DNA of 64,000 nucleotides from Candidatus Calditenuis fumarioli (GTDB lineage Archaea; Thermoproteota; Nitrososphaeria_A; Caldarchaeales; Calditenuaceae): assembly GCA_030059665.1 (NCBI GenBank), contig JANVYR010000001.1, positions 416,001 to 480,000 on the forward strand. Direction: 5' to 3'. This document shows positions 18,067-27,150 of this stretch, one piece after another (the first letter of the stretch is position 1; every line of letters begins with the position of its first letter). The notes under the pieces are model-generated. The model was given only the letters and a program-made list of their open reading frames with translations. It made no database searches and was not told the origin of the DNA. A program made the position numbers and the translations under genes.

Positions 18067-19506
18067 TCAGGACTGCCTCAGCAGCCTCCCCAGCTTCGTC
18101 CTGGTCGTGCCGAGCGTCATCGTGCCGGGGTCTATCACCCTGAAGGTGATCGGCAGCCTCCCAACCGCCTTCCCCCACGCGAGGACGTTCCCGGGAGGAA
18201 GGTTAGGCAAAATGGACCTGAGTGTCTCCGGGTCGATCTCCAGGTTTCGGGCCAGGTGCTCTATGTCGGACCCGTTCCTGATGTTGAACATGAAGACGTT
18301 GTCGGCCTGACGGTAGATCAGCGCCGGGATCGAGTCGGGCTGGTTGGTTATCAGGACGGTCGATATCCCTATGTGCCTCATCCTCGTGATGACGTCCTCC
18401 CAGTAGGTCTCCCTCAGGTAAAGGTGGGCCTCCTCCGCGAACAGGACGATCGGGTCGATCTCGTCGTTGAACAGGAGCTCCTTCATCCTGCTCAGCAGGA
18501 ACTCGACGAAGACCCGCCTCTGGATCGATCCGAGCCTGCTCATGTCGAAGACCACCAGCGCACCTCTGTCAGGCGGGAAGAGGGAGGTGAGGTCGACCTC
18601 CAGTTCCTCCTGATCGGAGTCCGTGAAGATGCCCGTGGACTCGAGCGTCAGCAGCCTGTTGGCGACCGCATCGCGGACCGACTCGTTCATCGGTACCGAC
18701 TGGACGGCCCTCATCAGATTCGGGAAGGTGAGGGCCCTCCTCCTGCGGAGGTCCCTGACCAGCCTCAGCAGCTCCCTCAAACTCGTCTGTGGGAGGCCCA
18801 AAGCGTACGTCATGACGTCGGCCAGGACCTCGTCCGACATGGAGGCCAGCGGGACCTGGAAGTTCACGCCGGGAGCGAGCACGGTCATCAGATCCGAGAC
18901 GTGGCTGGGTTCGCCGTCCCTCCGCCTGCCGAGCGAAACGTACTCTCCGTTCACGTCGAGCACCACCACGTTGCACCCGGCCCTCGCGAGCTCAGACGAC
19001 AGGACCTTCGCCAGGTGGGACTTCCCCGATTCCTTCCTTCCGACTATGAGGGTGACGCTTCCCTCAACGCTCGTGGCGTCGATCACCACGCCCTCGCCCA
19101 CCCTAACAGGCACCTTCGGTGGTGGAATCACCGTCCTGAGCAGGTCGCTCACCTCGACCCTCCTCACCCGGGACGCGTACCTGGAGGGAAGCCAGAGCCT
19201 GTTGGGGTCGACGCCGTTGACCCTCCTGACCTTCGCCACCACGACCCTTGAGTCCCTGATCGACCTGACGACCGATTCGATCTCGATCGGGTCCAGCCGC
19301 TCGGTCACCTCAACGGATCCACTCGAAAGGTCCCTCAGGATGTCCTCCATCAGCCCCGGAACGTCGGCGTACTCCACGTCTATCACCTGGAGCAGGATCT
19401 TCCGGTCGCTCTCCTCCACGACCAGGTAGTCCCCGAGCGAGAGGTCTGAGTCCCACGAGAGCGCGAGCAGCTCCACCTTGTCGCCCGACTTCCTGAAGAG
19501 CCTCAT
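18067..19506 (-). CDS. HerA-family ATPase/translocase
   Basis: N-terminal HAS-barrel-like region, Walker A GRKESGKS, LDVNGEY and Walker B LFAEEAH. Confidence 0.85.
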   Translation of the reverse strand: MRLFRKSGDKVELLALSWDSDLSLGDYLVVEESDRKILLQVIDVEYADVPGLMEDILRDLSSGSVEVTERLDPIEIESVVRSIRDSRVVVAKVRRVNGVDPNRLWLPSRYASRVRRVEVSDLLRTVIPPPKVPVRVGEGVVIDATSVEGSVTLIVGRKESGKSHLAKVLSSELARAGCNVVVLDVNGEYVSLGRRRDGEPSHVSDLMTVLAPGVNFQVPLASMSDEVLADVMTYALGLPQTSLRELLRLVRDLRRRRALTFPNLMRAVQSVPMNESVRDAVANRLLTLESTGIFTDSDQEELEVDLTSLFPPDRGALVVFDMSRLGSIQRRVFVEFLLSRMKELLFNDEIDPIVLFAEEAHLYLRETYWEDVITRMRHIGISTVLITNQPDSIPALIYRQADNVFMFNIRNGSDIEHLARNLEIDPETLRSILPNLPPGNVLAWGKAVGRLPITFRVIDPGTMTLGTTRTKLGRLLRQS

Positions 19507-20465
19507 CTCCCATCGAACGGTGAGAGGACCGCGGCCCTCACGTCGACCTCCTCGTGCACCCTCAGCCCGTACCTCCTCTCGAGGACCGATTTGATCGCGG
19601 CGATCTCGGCCCAGCTGTGCCTCGAGAAGGCGTGGGCGACCGTGAGCGTCTCAGGGTAACCGGAGATCAGCGCGTCGCTCGCCACGACGTCCGAGAGCGC
19701 ATCGATCCACCGGTCCGCCGGGAAGACGTCCGCCCTGAAGGCGATGCCGCCTTTCTCGAGGCGGGCAACTGTCACTCCGACCTCTCCACCTGGGTACGGA
19801 AGGAGCTGGGCCCTCCTCGCCAGGAGCGCCACCCTCTCCGCCTTTCCGAGCAAGTGCCCGAGGTGGGCGGCGAGGACGCTGTTCTTCGCTATTCCGATCA
19901 CGGACGTGCCGTCCGTTGAAAGCGGGAGCTCTGGCACCCTCGTTAGCGGCATGTCGAGGAGGAGAACGGATTCGGGAGCCTCCCTTGAGACCAGCTTCTG
20001 GACGAGCGACTCGAACCTCCTCAGCTCGACGAGCGCCACGGAATCCGTGGAGGAGGGCTGCACGACGCTCGCCAGCTTCGGCAGCGGCCCCACCACCCTG
20101 ACCCGCATCGAGCTGCCCGATCTGATTACCACCGCAGCCTTCAGCGAGAGGAGCGGCCTCCCTCCCGCGAACCCGAGCTGGACGACGGAGCCGTCGACCG
20201 CGACCAACCTCCTCCGCGTCCCGGGAGCTATCGCGGCCGGCTCTAGGTCACCATCCTGCACAACTTGCCCAAGGATCGCCGCCTCGTCATCCAGATCCTG
20301 ATCGGCTTCCTGACCGTTCAGGAAGAGAACGCCCGTCGGGTCTCTCGAGGCCCTTTTGAGCTCGTCCACCCACAACTCCGCGATACTTTTAAATAAGTGC
20401 CATGAGACATCGAAGGTGTTGAGGCGAAGCAACTCGGTAGCCATGCTCACTCCGCCCACCATCAA
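19503..20465 (-). CDS. NurA-family nuclease
   Basis: VAVDGS, LLLD, GIAKNS and GYPETLTVAH motifs; 4-nt overlap with the HerA gene. Confidence 0.8.
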   Translation of the reverse strand: MMVGGVSMATELLRLNTFDVSWHLFKSIAELWVDELKRASRDPTGVLFLNGQEADQDLDDEAAILGQVVQDGDLEPAAIAPGTRRRLVAVDGSVVQLGFAGGRPLLSLKAAVVIRSGSSMRVRVVGPLPKLASVVQPSSTDSVALVELRRFESLVQKLVSREAPESVLLLDMPLTRVPELPLSTDGTSVIGIAKNSVLAAHLGHLLGKAERVALLARRAQLLPYPGGEVGVTVARLEKGGIAFRADVFPADRWIDALSDVVASDALISGYPETLTVAHAFSRHSWAEIAAIKSVLERRYGLRVHEEVDVRAAVLSPFDGR

Positions 20466-20485
20466 AGGAAATTGCTGGCTATTTA

Positions 20486-20992
20486 ATGTTGCGCAGGTTG
20501 GTCAACATGAATCAGGATAATTCAACAAACAGGGTGAAGGTGAGGCTCAACGTCCGGGGCGTCGAGGTCGAGATAGAGGCGCCCGTGGATCAGCTCGAGG
20601 AGAGCGTGAGGAGGGTCATGGCAGCGCTCGGCGAGGCGGAGGCCAGACAGGAGAGGCCGGCGCAGGAGGTCAGGAGGCAGCTCACGTGCAGGCAGGTGGT
20701 CGAGCGCCTCGTCTCCGAGGGTTACTTCCGGGAGCCGCGGACCCTCTCGGACGTCTACCAGGAGGTCAAGAGGCGGGGGTACGGCTTCGACGCTACCGCA
20801 GTGGCGCACGTTCTCCTCGAGCTGGTGAGGGAGGAGGTGCTCGACAGAGACGGATCGCCGAGGAGGTACCTTTACAGGGAGAAGAGGCGCATCGAGGCGA
20901 AGGGGTTTCCCGAGACAGGAAGCGACCAGCTCACCCTGCCTGCTGCCGAGGAGAGAAGCGCTCGATCAGATACCGCATCCCCATCGGGGTGA
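20486..20992 (+). CDS. Small winged-HTH protein A
   Basis: C-terminal LVSEGYFREPRTLSDVYQEV...VAHVLLELVREEVLDR. A start at ATG 20509-frame was not verified, so the track start is kept. Confidence 0.65.
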   Translation: MLRRLVNMNQDNSTNRVKVRLNVRGVEVEIEAPVDQLEESVRRVMAALGEAEARQERPAQEVRRQLTCRQVVERLVSEGYFREPRTLSDVYQEVKRRGYGFDATAVAHVLLELVREEVLDRDGSPRRYLYREKRRIEAKGFPETGSDQLTLPAAEERSARSDTASPSG

Positions 20993-21434
20993 CCTCGTAG
21001 TCTCCCCTCTCGAGCCTCCTCACGAAACCGCTCTTCCGCAACTCGCTCAGAGCTCCCGTCAGAGTCCCCCTCTTCAGCCCGAGGCCCTCCGAGAGCTCGC
21101 GGAGGTTGGTGGAGCTCGACTGCCTCCTGCCGAGCAGGTGCTCGACCCTTCTCAGCGCTAGGTAAAGGAGGACCTGGTCGGGAGCGGGCAGTCCGTGCGC
21201 CGTGGGTCTGAACGCGAACCCGATGGACTCGTCGAAGACGACGTGCTCCTTCACCGACTCGAGGAACTCGGGCACGCTCACGTCCACGCTCAGCGCCCTC
21301 GCCAGGGAGTAGGCCGGAACCACCTTCTCCACGAACTCGTGGACCGCCCTGATGACCGACGTGACGTCGCCCTCCACCGAGAACTCAACGCCCTCATGCC
21401 TAAGGGTGACCTTGAGCGTGTCCTTCGAGGACAA
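20931..21434 (-). CDS. Small winged-HTH protein B
   Basis: TNLRELSEGLGLKRGTLTGALSELRKSGFVRRLERGDYEV. Confidence 0.7.
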   Translation of the reverse strand: MSSKDTLKVTLRHEGVEFSVEGDVTSVIRAVHEFVEKVVPAYSLARALSVDVSVPEFLESVKEHVVFDESIGFAFRPTAHGLPAPDQVLLYLALRRVEHLLGRRQSSSTNLRELSEGLGLKRGTLTGALSELRKSGFVRRLERGDYEVTPMGMRYLIERFSPRQQAG

Positions 21435-21531
21435 ACCGAACTGAAGGGTGACAAGACGTATTTGAGGGTACGCAGCTCAGCCGACGCTCCCGGGTGACGC
21501 TTATCATCGAGAGCTGGTAGACGACCGCAGG

Positions 21532-22911
21532 ATGAGCTCACCGGCGATCTACGAACATCTGCTCCTGCTGGCGGTGGCCGCTGTCGTCGTCTTCCCGAAC
21601 CAGCTTCCATATCCTCCACTGGATACGACGCCCTCCGCGGTCTCTTCACCGGCCGTCAACGTCCTCGTCATGGCGCTTCCGACGGAGCGGGCCGTTGTGG
21701 TCTACGAGATCGATTCAGGATCCCTCTGGAGAATAGGACTGGGCTTCGTTCCGGAGGGGGTCGTCTCGTCGGGCGACAGGGCGCTTGCCTACTCGAGGAT
21801 CCAGCAGAAGGCGGCGCTCCTCGACCTCCGGGCTAGGGCCGTCCTAAGGGAGATCGACGTCCGGGTGGAGGCTGCCTGGCCTGCAGCGAACGGCTTCCTC
21901 GTCCACGACGGCCTCAAGCTGATCGTCCTCAGCCCCGACGGAGAGATCGTCAGGGACTTCAAAACCGGTTATGCCGGATCGCCCTGGTCCGGTAGTGCTA
22001 AGGGGAACGCTTTCTGGTTCGTTGAGGAGGACCTCGTGACGCTGAACCTCCTCGACCTGAGTACTGGTCAGATCAGGCAGGTCTACAAACACAACGATAA
22101 GATAACAGCGGTTCTCGCGCTCACCGAAAACAGTGCAGCCATCTCCTCGAAGGGCTACATGGGTATCATTAGGTCCGACGGGACGCGGAGGGACCTCAAG
22201 ATCCCATATCAGGTCTCAGAGGCGACGTTTCTGTTCCCCGCGAAAGCAGGGAGGGTCGTCTTCGTCGACTTGATCCATCGCGTCGTGGGGATCATCGGTG
22301 AGGACCTCGCGGAACATAGGGTGGTCGAGAGGTTGACGTTCGCCCTCGCCTCACCTGCGCCGTCAAAGCTCTACGTCCTCGACCCATCGGCGAAGACGCT
22401 GGACCTATTCGACCTCACGTTCGAGCCCGAGATCAGGGAGGCGCGCTTCCTCGTCACCGGGAAGTCCACGGTCAGGGTCGAGGCCGTCGTGGTGGACCTG
22501 GACAAGGACGCGGAACCGGGGTTCCCGCAGGTAGTCGTCGAGGACAGTAAGGGCACGAGGACGATAGTTCCGATGAGGGCCCTCCCCGACAGCAGGTACT
22601 CGGCGGACGTGGACCTGAGCGACCTGCGGGGAACGGCGACCGTCAGGGTCGTCGTGAGGGACGAGGAGGGGCACGTCGCCCAGAGCAAAGAGTACAGGGT
22701 AGAGGTGGAGGCAGGCGAGATCAAGACGACGACTGGACTCACCGTCACAAACACAGTCACTAGCCCTGCCCAAACCGGTAGGGAGACCCAGCAGCTGCTG
22801 TTGTCCTCGGTCGAGCTGACCTTCTTCCTCGTCCTGGTGGGCGCCCTCGTCCTCGTGGCACTCAGGGCCCGCAGAACCGGAAGGTCACGCGCCAGGAAGA
22901 GAAAGGCTTAA
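21532..22911 (+). CDS. Membrane-anchored surface protein (beta-propeller-like plus Ig-like domain)
   Basis: N-terminal hydrophobic signal, repeated short beta strands, Thr-rich linker, C-terminal TM helix and basic tail. Confidence 0.6.
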   Translation: MSSPAIYEHLLLLAVAAVVVFPNQLPYPPLDTTPSAVSSPAVNVLVMALPTERAVVVYEIDSGSLWRIGLGFVPEGVVSSGDRALAYSRIQQKAALLDLRARAVLREIDVRVEAAWPAANGFLVHDGLKLIVLSPDGEIVRDFKTGYAGSPWSGSAKGNAFWFVEEDLVTLNLLDLSTGQIRQVYKHNDKITAVLALTENSAAISSKGYMGIIRSDGTRRDLKIPYQVSEATFLFPAKAGRVVFVDLIHRVVGIIGEDLAEHRVVERLTFALASPAPSKLYVLDPSAKTLDLFDLTFEPEIREARFLVTGKSTVRVEAVVVDLDKDAEPGFPQVVVEDSKGTRTIVPMRALPDSRYSADVDLSDLRGTATVRVVVRDEEGHVAQSKEYRVEVEAGEIKTTTGLTVTNTVTSPAQTGRETQQLLLSSVELTFFLVLVGALVLVALRARRTGRSRARKRKA

Positions 22912-22938
22912 CGGGGTATTGACTTCCCAACGTATGGA

Positions 22939-24945
22939 ATGCCAGCTCACAGGCTGCTCTGGTCCCCCAGCGAGGATGACGTTGAGGACGCCAACATCAC
23001 CAAATTCATCGAGTTCGTGGTCAGGCGAAGGGGCATAGAGCTGGGAGGCTACTTCGACCTTTACGACTGGTCGGTCTCGGAGATACCAGAGTTCTGGAGG
23101 GAGGTCTGGGACTTCGTCGGCGTCATCTCCTCCGAGGGTTACACCGCGGTCGTCGACGACCTGAAGAAGTTCCCCGGTGCGAGGTGGTTCGTCGGAGCGA
23201 AGCTGAACTTCGCGGAGAACCTGATGAGGTACGGCGACGAGCGGACCGCGATCGTCTTCAGGGACGAGACCGGTGAGAGGAGGGAGTACACCTACCGGGA
23301 CGCCCACCTCGAGGTCGCCCGCTTCAGGGAGTACCTGAAGGAGATCGGCGTCGGACCAGGAGACAGGGTTGTGTCCTACATGCCGAACGTGCCCGAGACG
23401 GTCTTCGCCATGCTCGCAGCCACAAGCCTCGGGGCCGCTTGGTCCTCCACCGGAACCGAGCTCGGGCCCACAGCGGTGATCGACAGGCTGGGACAGCTGG
23501 AGCCGAAGGTCATGATCACCGTGGACCAGTCTGTTTACAAGGGCAGGATAACGGACGTCAGGCAGAACGCGGCGAAGATCGCCGGGTCCATCCCCTCGCT
23601 CGAGGCGGTCCTCGTCGTGGAGAGGTTCCGGGAGAGGGCCGACGTCTCATCGATTCCGAAGGCCGTCAGCGCCTCGGACGTCCTCTCCGGCAAGGGCGAG
23701 GCCGAGAGCGTCAGATTCGAGCAGGTGGAGGCCAACAGTCCGGTTTACGTCATGTTCTCCTCGGGGACCACCGGGAAGCCCAAGTGCATGGTCCAGAGCG
23801 TCGCCGGAGTCCTGGTGAACCACCTGAAGGAGCTCGTCCTGCACACGGATCTGAAAAGGGAGGACGCGCTGCTTTACATCACATCGCCGAGCTGGATGAT
23901 GTGGAACTGGATGACCAGCTCGCTGGCCGTGGGCTCCGAGCTCGTGCTCTTCGACGGCAACCCGCTGTACCCTGACTGGAAAACGATCTGGCGCATCGTG
24001 GAGGAGGAGGGAGTGACGGTGTTCGGTTGCAGCGCCAGCTACGTCTACGCCATCAAAGGCGCCAACGCGGAGCCCGGAAGGGAGTTCGACCTCTGGAGGT
24101 TGAGGGAAATCTCCCAGACCGGGTCGCCCCTCTCGGCGGACGGCTTCGCCTGGGTATACGAGCACGTCAAGTCCGACCTCTGGTTCAACTCGATCTCCGG
24201 CGGCACCGACATCAACGGCTGCTTCCTCGCGGGTAGCCCGACGCTTCCCGTCTACGCCGGGGAGCTCCAGGCCCCTGCTCTCGGGATGAAGGTGAAGGCT
24301 TACGACGAGATGGGGAACGAGGTCTACGACAGGGAGGGCGAGCTGGTCTGCGAGGCTCCTTCGCCCTCGATGCCGATCTACTTCTGGAACGACCCTGATT
24401 ACAGGAGGTACGTGGAGACCTACTTCGAGTTCTACCGCAGGGTGGGGAAGAACGTCTGGAGGCACGGCGACTGGATAACGATCTACTCGGACACGAGGAG
24501 CGCGGTCATCCACGGGAGGTCGGACGCCACCCTGAAGGTCTCGGGCGTCAGGATCGGTACCGCTGAGATCTACCGGGTGGTGGAGAGGTTCCCCGAGGTC
24601 GCTGACAGCCTGGTAGCATCGCTCGACCTGGAAGGCGAAACGGTCGTCGTACTCTTCGTCAAGATGCGGGAGGGTAAGGAGCTGACGGAGGACCTCGCGG
24701 ATCGGATCAGGAGGGCTCTGAGGGAGGAGGCTTCGCCGAGGCACGTGCCGCACTACGTCGTCGCAGCACCCGACATACCGTACACCTTCAACCTGAAGAA
24801 GGTCGAGATTGCGGTTACGAACCTCCTCAACGGCAGGCCCGTAACGAACAGGGAGGCTATCGTGAACGCGGAGGTCCTGGAGTTCTACGAGAGGTTCGCG
24901 CAGGATTTGAGGAGGAAGCTGACGGAGTCCGGGAAGAGAGGTTAG
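22939..24945 (+). CDS. Acetoacetate-CoA ligase
   Basis: LW.PS...NIT.F, WFVGAKLNFAENL, MFSSGTTGKPKC, SISGGTDI and GRSDATL motifs. Confidence 0.88.
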   Translation: MPAHRLLWSPSEDDVEDANITKFIEFVVRRRGIELGGYFDLYDWSVSEIPEFWREVWDFVGVISSEGYTAVVDDLKKFPGARWFVGAKLNFAENLMRYGDERTAIVFRDETGERREYTYRDAHLEVARFREYLKEIGVGPGDRVVSYMPNVPETVFAMLAATSLGAAWSSTGTELGPTAVIDRLGQLEPKVMITVDQSVYKGRITDVRQNAAKIAGSIPSLEAVLVVERFRERADVSSIPKAVSASDVLSGKGEAESVRFEQVEANSPVYVMFSSGTTGKPKCMVQSVAGVLVNHLKELVLHTDLKREDALLYITSPSWMMWNWMTSSLAVGSELVLFDGNPLYPDWKTIWRIVEEEGVTVFGCSASYVYAIKGANAEPGREFDLWRLREISQTGSPLSADGFAWVYEHVKSDLWFNSISGGTDINGCFLAGSPTLPVYAGELQAPALGMKVKAYDEMGNEVYDREGELVCEAPSPSMPIYFWNDPDYRRYVETYFEFYRRVGKNVWRHGDWITIYSDTRSAVIHGRSDATLKVSGVRIGTAEIYRVVERFPEVADSLVASLDLEGETVVVLFVKMREGKELTEDLADRIRRALREEASPRHVPHYVVAAPDIPYTFNLKKVEIAVTNLLNGRPVTNREAIVNAEVLEFYERFAQDLRRKLTESGKRG

Positions 24946-25343
24946 GGGGCCGGCTCGAAGCCCTCTATATCCAATATCGAACCGACCCTCTTCTGCCTGA
25001 ACCTCACCCTGACCCTCATACCTTCCCTCGGATCGCCCTCGCCGAGATACCGGTGCAGAAGGCCGCCGCCGAAACCGTCGAAGGACACGAAGGCCAGCAC
25101 CTCACCGCCTCCGTACCTGGTCCAGGTGACGACCCTGCCCTCATTGGTGACCTCGACGTGCTCGACCTTGCCGTCTATGCAGTGGGGACAGAACGCGAAG
25201 GGCGGGACGTACGACCTCGAGCAGGCCCTGCACCTCGACCCCCTCAGCACGCCGTTTCGGAGGCCCTCGAGGAAGACCGAGAGCGCGAAGCCCGCAGGGT
25301 ACTCGTAGGGGTTCTCTATCGAGTGCCTGAACTCCCCTGCCAT
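24942..25343 (-). CDS. DUF35 (Zn-ribbon/OB-fold acyl-CoA-binding) protein B
   Basis: GSRCRACSRSYVPP...CPHC plus OB fold. ATG at 25343 with a GGGG RBS-like run. Confidence 0.85.
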   Translation of the reverse strand: MAGEFRHSIENPYEYPAGFALSVFLEGLRNGVLRGSRCRACSRSYVPPFAFCPHCIDGKVEHVEVTNEGRVVTWTRYGGGEVLAFVSFDGFGGGLLHRYLGEGDPREGMRVRVRFRQKRVGSILDIEGFEPAP

Positions 25344-25348
25344 CCCCC

Positions 25349-26008
25349 TCACCCCCGCAAAGGTGCGAAGTAGAGCACGTCGGTGATGCTCCCCGTCCTC
25401 TCCTCCTTCGGTTTCCAGACCGGCCTCACCTTCATCCCGATCTCGATCTCGGAGGGTTCGACCTCGCCGAGCCTGTGGAGGATGCCTGCGGCGTGGGCCA
25501 CCGTTGAGCTGTTGGGCCTGATGACCTTCGTGCCCTCGAACCAGATCACCGCTATGGGCTCCGGTCTCGGCAGCCTCACCTTGGGGTTCGTGCCGATGTG
25601 GGCGATCGAGTAGGTGGCGACCTCGCCCTCGCCGCTGTGCTCGATCCACTCGTCGACCCTCCTGAAGCACCACTCGCAGAAGGTCCTGGGAGGTATCAGG
25701 ACCCTGCCGCAGCCGGTGCACCTCGTCCCCACGAACTTGCCCTCCCTCAGCCCCTGGAGGAACCTCGTCATGGCAATACCGGTGCTCCTCCTGTACCGGT
25801 AGTCGAGCAGGTATGGCGTGACCAGCAGCTCCGCAGGGAGCTCGAACTCGGTCCTGCCCCTCACCTCCTGCAACGCCTTCGTCCAGGCCCCCTCCCTGCC
25901 GTCGCCCACCTCGGCGACCGCTCTGGAGAGGAGCTCCGCGAGCGGCCCATCGAGCCCGGACAGGGTTTCCGGAGCGAACCTGACGAGCCTGGCCCTCATC
26001 TCCTGCAC
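25349..26008 (-). CDS. DUF35 (Zn-ribbon/OB-fold) protein A with N-terminal extension
   Basis: GTRCTGCGRVLIPPRTFCEWC plus OB fold. Confidence 0.85.
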   Translation of the reverse strand: MQEMRARLVRFAPETLSGLDGPLAELLSRAVAEVGDGREGAWTKALQEVRGRTEFELPAELLVTPYLLDYRYRRSTGIAMTRFLQGLREGKFVGTRCTGCGRVLIPPRTFCEWCFRRVDEWIEHSGEGEVATYSIAHIGTNPKVRLPRPEPIAVIWFEGTKVIRPNSSTVAHAAGILHRLGEVEPSEIEIGMKVRPVWKPKEERTGSITDVLYFAPLRG

Positions 26009-27150
26009 ACCACCACCGTGCCCACCTGCATCAGGTCACCCCACGCCTGAGCCACGCCCACATATGCGTTCGGGACCTGCCTCTTCCCCGCACGCCCGGA
26101 GAGCTGCCAGTAAAGCTCGGCGACCTTCATCAGCCCCGCTGCCGCGATGGGGTTGCCGACGCCGAGTAGGCCTCCGGAGGGCGATGCCGGATGGTCGCCG
26201 TCCCTGTGGAGCTGGCCCTCTTTCAGCAGCTTCGGTGCCAGCCCTGGCCTCCCGAGAAGCCCGTCCAGGTGATGGAGCTCCTTGTACGTGAACGGGTCGT
26301 AGGGCTCCCAGACGTCGACCTCCTTCAGCGGATTGACTATCCCCGCCATCCGGTAGGCCCTCTGCGCCGCGAGATAGACGTAGTACGGGAAGGCGAGGTC
26401 CCTGTTCGTCCAGTACTGGGAATCGAGGCACGTTGCCACACCGTCGATCCAGACCGGCGTGTCGGTGAGCTTCCTCGCCTCCTGCTCCGACGCGAGAAGG
26501 ATTGCGACCGCTCCGTCCGATGTGGGGCTGATGTCGAGCCTGTTCACAGGCCAGACCATCACCTCCGAGTTGAGCACGTCCTGGACGGTTATCCTCGCAC
26601 CGAGCTGGGCATGGGGGTGGTCGAGGGCGTTCGCCTTGTTCTTCACGGCCACCTCCGCGATGAGCTCCTTCGTCAGGTTGTGGGCCTCCATGTACCTCCT
26701 CATCTCGAGCGCGAAAATCCAGATCAGGTTCGGTCCGAGGGGTTGCTCGATCACCGGCTCGAAGATCGTCTGGAAGAGCTTCTGGGCGTGCGGGTACGGA
26801 GGGCTCATCTTCTCCCAAGCCACCACCAGGAGCGTGTCGAAGAGGCCTGAGGCGACGTGGTACCAGCCAGCGACCGCTGCGGCCACACCGCTCCCTCCTC
26901 CGACGAAGACGCGGGTGATGGGCTTGCCGATGGCCCCAGCCGCCTCGTTCGCGATCGAGACCTTGTCGTGGTAGCCGTCGAAGGCGTCGGGCGCCGAGGC
27001 GCACAGGACCCCGTCGACGTACCTGATCGAGAGGGATCCCACGTCGTCGAGGCACCTCTTCACGGCCTCCCTGATCATCTCCGGCGACGAGTGGGGGAGC
27101 ATCGACCTGAAGTCGGTCATCCCAGCACCGACTATCGCGACCCTCCTCAC
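25996..27150 (-). CDS. Thiolase-fold protein A (SCP2/Ltp2-like, no nucleophilic Cys)
   Basis: Thiolase fold: RVFVGGGSG where CASG is expected, ISPTSDGA, YDPF and GGLLGVGNP. Confidence 0.85.
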   Translation of the reverse strand: MRRVAIVGAGMTDFRSMLPHSSPEMIREAVKRCLDDVGSLSIRYVDGVLCASAPDAFDGYHDKVSIANEAAGAIGKPITRVFVGGGSGVAAAVAGWYHVASGLFDTLLVVAWEKMSPPYPHAQKLFQTIFEPVIEQPLGPNLIWIFALEMRRYMEAHNLTKELIAEVAVKNKANALDHPHAQLGARITVQDVLNSEVMVWPVNRLDISPTSDGAVAILLASEQEARKLTDTPVWIDGVATCLDSQYWTNRDLAFPYYVYLAAQRAYRMAGIVNPLKEVDVWEPYDPFTYKELHHLDGLLGRPGLAPKLLKEGQLHRDGDHPASPSGGLLGVGNPIAAAGLMKVAELYWQLSGRAGKRQVPNAYVGVAQAWGDLMQVGTVVVCRR

